Positions 61,161-64,000 of a stretch of 64,000 bases of DNA are shown one piece after another (position 1 is the first letter of the stretch; the number at the start of each line of letters is the position of its first letter). Position numbers and translations under genes: made by a program. This stretch comes from Fimbriosthenelais zetlandica (Eukaryota). The notes below the pieces were generated by a model. That model did not search any database and was not told the origin of the DNA. It saw only the letters and a program-made list of their open reading frames with translations. The stretch is from contig OZ365112.1 in NCBI GenBank assembly GCA_977030845.1, positions 22,754,001 to 22,818,000 of the forward strand, written 5' to 3'.

Positions 61161-64000
61161 ATGGCGGGCTTTTAAATCCCATCATCGATTAAAGGGCTGG
61201 CTCATGTAAAATTATCCTCCGGGCCTTTAGAGCAGAACATGCAACAGTACAACAACTGATGGTGTCGATCAGGGGAGAATTAAAGAGGAAGGGAATGGCT
61301 CTCCCGCAGACAGGAACATATTTTTCATTTTAGAACACTTTACATGACTATAAACTGGAGGCAGGGTAGGGGAGGGATAAGAGGAAATGGAGAGGCGAAA
61401 GGGGTGGGTGTGGGGGGAGGGAGTAGTGATATAATGATTTCCAATCTCCTCACATTTCCCCATAATGGCAGCTTAAATAGCTCTATAGAAAATATGTCCC
61501 TTTAGGGAGGAATTAGTCCACCTCATGGACACCACAAACTGGGATATTCATTTCTCACCTGTGATGAGTGGTCTACGTGGTACCATGCCCTGCAGACATC
61601 CAGGAATCATCCAGGAATCACTGATTGCTGAGCTGCTCAGTGATCTAACGCTATAGCACACAAACTGACAGGTAAAATCCCCTCCACAGGTGTCAGAGCT
61701 ATATCATGTAGAAGGTTAATTAGCTCTTATAAAATGGTCCATCTAAATCATGATGAGAATAGAACTCCCATCAATATGAAGACAGCCAAAGAAGTCTATG
61801 TTTATCCGTGACTACCAAGGAAATGACCCCACAGTCGAAAACACAGATCAATGCCTGGATATCAGCCAAACATTTCCGGGATTGAAAAAATTAATTATCC
61901 AGTTTATAACGTCCCATATCGACCTTGACGAGTTTATATATAGGTTAGACAACAGAGAGCATTGCTATCCAGGTGGTAGGTCTGAATGGTTGTATTAATA
62001 AAGACTTCAATTTACGCATCTATGTTTGGGTAAATAAAGCCACACACAGTCTTCAATTGATTAAAAGCAGATCAATTCAGTATCCCCCGATACATACTGT
62101 GTTCCAAATGGCTAAACCTATAGGTGGTTATGCATACATGTATACTATGGAGTATGATAACTTATAGTTTCCAATTAATTCACGGCTGATCGCTACTGCG
62201 ATGGACCAGGGATCATGCATTTTAAATAATTATGTGCAATCATCCACATTTGATGTCCCAGATGAGAGCAGATCAGTGCAGGTCTCCTGGGTACATTAGT
62301 GGAATATAAGAATGGATGTGATATTTCTTCTAGATACATGAACCTGTATATACCATGAGTCCAAGCACCAGGTAGCATAAGTACAGATACTCCTCACCAC
62401 CCCGAAATCACATCAATCATATCCACATGTCAAGCCTTTGTATCACCCTGTTCATCAGATATATCATTCTAGATCCATACTGAACTGGCATATATATACC
62501 CAACAGATAATTGTGTGGTTAATGATATATATTATATTGTGGATGTATTCCAGTTATCTGTTTGAAGATCAGTCTCCTATTACAGTACTTAGTTCCAGCG
62601 GGATCTGCTGTGGGACTTTGGTGGAAGAGTAAGAGGTGGGGAGAAGGTGAGGATCGATAGTTGGGTGGCAGATAGGCTGTGAGTGGCTCAGAGCCTGGAG
62701 AGCAGCTCATGCCATACCTGTGCTGGGGTGGCATGGATTTAGATCAGATTAACATGTCCCATATGGATAACTCTAGTGTTCATAGAATTGACTATGGTCA
62801 ACCTTATCTATGCTTTTCTTTAATAATCTTACGGGGTTGGGATCAACCAATCAATGACCCAATATGCAATAAATAGTCTCTAGGAGAGATTATGGCATAT
62901 CAATAATCATTAAAGATTTTATTTCCAGAATGTCTCTCCCCTCAAAGTACTCATGCACTGAGAAATGAGTGGGGTGTAGAGATGTCACAGGGCCCCTGGC
63001 AAACTTCCCGCTATACCCCAATATGCCTCGTAATATTTACCCAGCCCCCAAACTAGTGGTGCTTAGGTAACTTGGTTTAGAGAAGAATGCAAATATGACC
63101 CATATATATGTCATCTGCAAACTTGCGCAAGAATTCGTGTTGGTGGAGATGGGAGAGAATGACGAGGTCTTCTACACAATGAAAACTTGTTATTAAAGCT
63201 GCCAGGCAAGGAGGTGTCAACCAACTAACTAAAGGCTGTACAAACGTAATCCATACATCAGGGTTCCTCTCGCAGGGCTAATATTTGGAGCTCTCCGCAG
63301 CGGTATATATGCCGCAGGTACAATCAAATGCTGTTCTCACCTTACATTGCGGTGTTCTATGAAACCTGATAAATAATGACAATATCTTCAGGCAGTAATT
63401 GAGGAGTGAGCAGCCAAAATCCCCCTGAATATAAACAGTTTCTCACGTTGGAGATAACGGTAGGAACGTTCTCAAATGGCTGAGAGACATGTACAATAGA
63501 TCAAATGTTCAAAATTAATGTTAAATCTAATAACCAAATCCTATATCACAATCACAAGAAATATTCTGTGTAATTACAGTGTACACGTATAAATATTGTT
63601 CACTGGCTTCATTAAGCACTGTCCTGGTGTATTAAATGGTAATCTAGATTAGCTTCTAAATTTCTATTATGTTTCACGGGGCGAATTCATTAGACCATAA
63701 CATGGGATTAACAGGGTTAAGTATCTGGGGAACTCCTAGTAGCTGGCGGTAACATGTGTCTACATTAATTGACCTGAGAAGGTTGTGTTACTGCACATAC
63801 ACTATTATCCTTCTGTATGAAAGTACTGAAATTTGCTCAGATGTTTAGATAGATGACAATTTATTACCAAACATTCTTTTAATTATTAGAAAAGACATGG
63901 GCACAAGTGGAATGATGGATTATTAATTTCACTAGGAGTAGAAATAAACATTCTTTGCTTAATTCATTTTGTGTCATGGACCATCTGTTATATTGGTCTT

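Noticed and set aside
58000-64000. Short ORFs upstream of ABCA as transposase or reverse transcriptase remnants
   Set aside because: No RT, transposase or endonuclease motifs recognised.
1-64000. CRISPR arrays, rRNA, complete tRNA or prokaryotic operons
   Set aside because: None seen; the sequence is intron-rich eukaryotic DNA and the only tRNA-like piece is the SINE head.

Overview
Eukaryotic (animal) genomic DNA, AT-rich with short introns; no prokaryotic features. Almost the whole window (6,434-57,092, minus strand) is ONE intact, very large ABCA-family lipid transporter gene. By hand I traced 131 phase-compatible coding exons (one GC-AG intron, the rest GT-AG) totalling 23,295 nt, about 7,760 aa, larger than human ABCA13 (5,058 aa). 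The size comes from the first extracellular domain (ECD1, about 6,000 aa). It is built from 25 highly diverged tandem copies of a ~200-235 aa module, normally encoded by four exons with phases 0-2-1-0 and containing a Cys-x(13-29)-Cys pair; this module matches the single-copy ABCA1 exon 5-7 segment. Both NBDs have intact catalytic motifs. Extras: an RKRR furin-type site at the ECD1 base, several symmetric in-frame candidate cassette/micro-exons in the long introns, a cluster of apparent intron losses, a GC-AG intron, an inverted pair of ~260-bp elements, two intronic minisatellites (one carrying kappaB-consensus sites) and a tRNA-derived SINE fragment. The 3' end of an unidentified convergent plus-strand gene probably lies at 23-2,348. 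All exon calls are manual, with no transcript data; coordinates may be off by a base or two.
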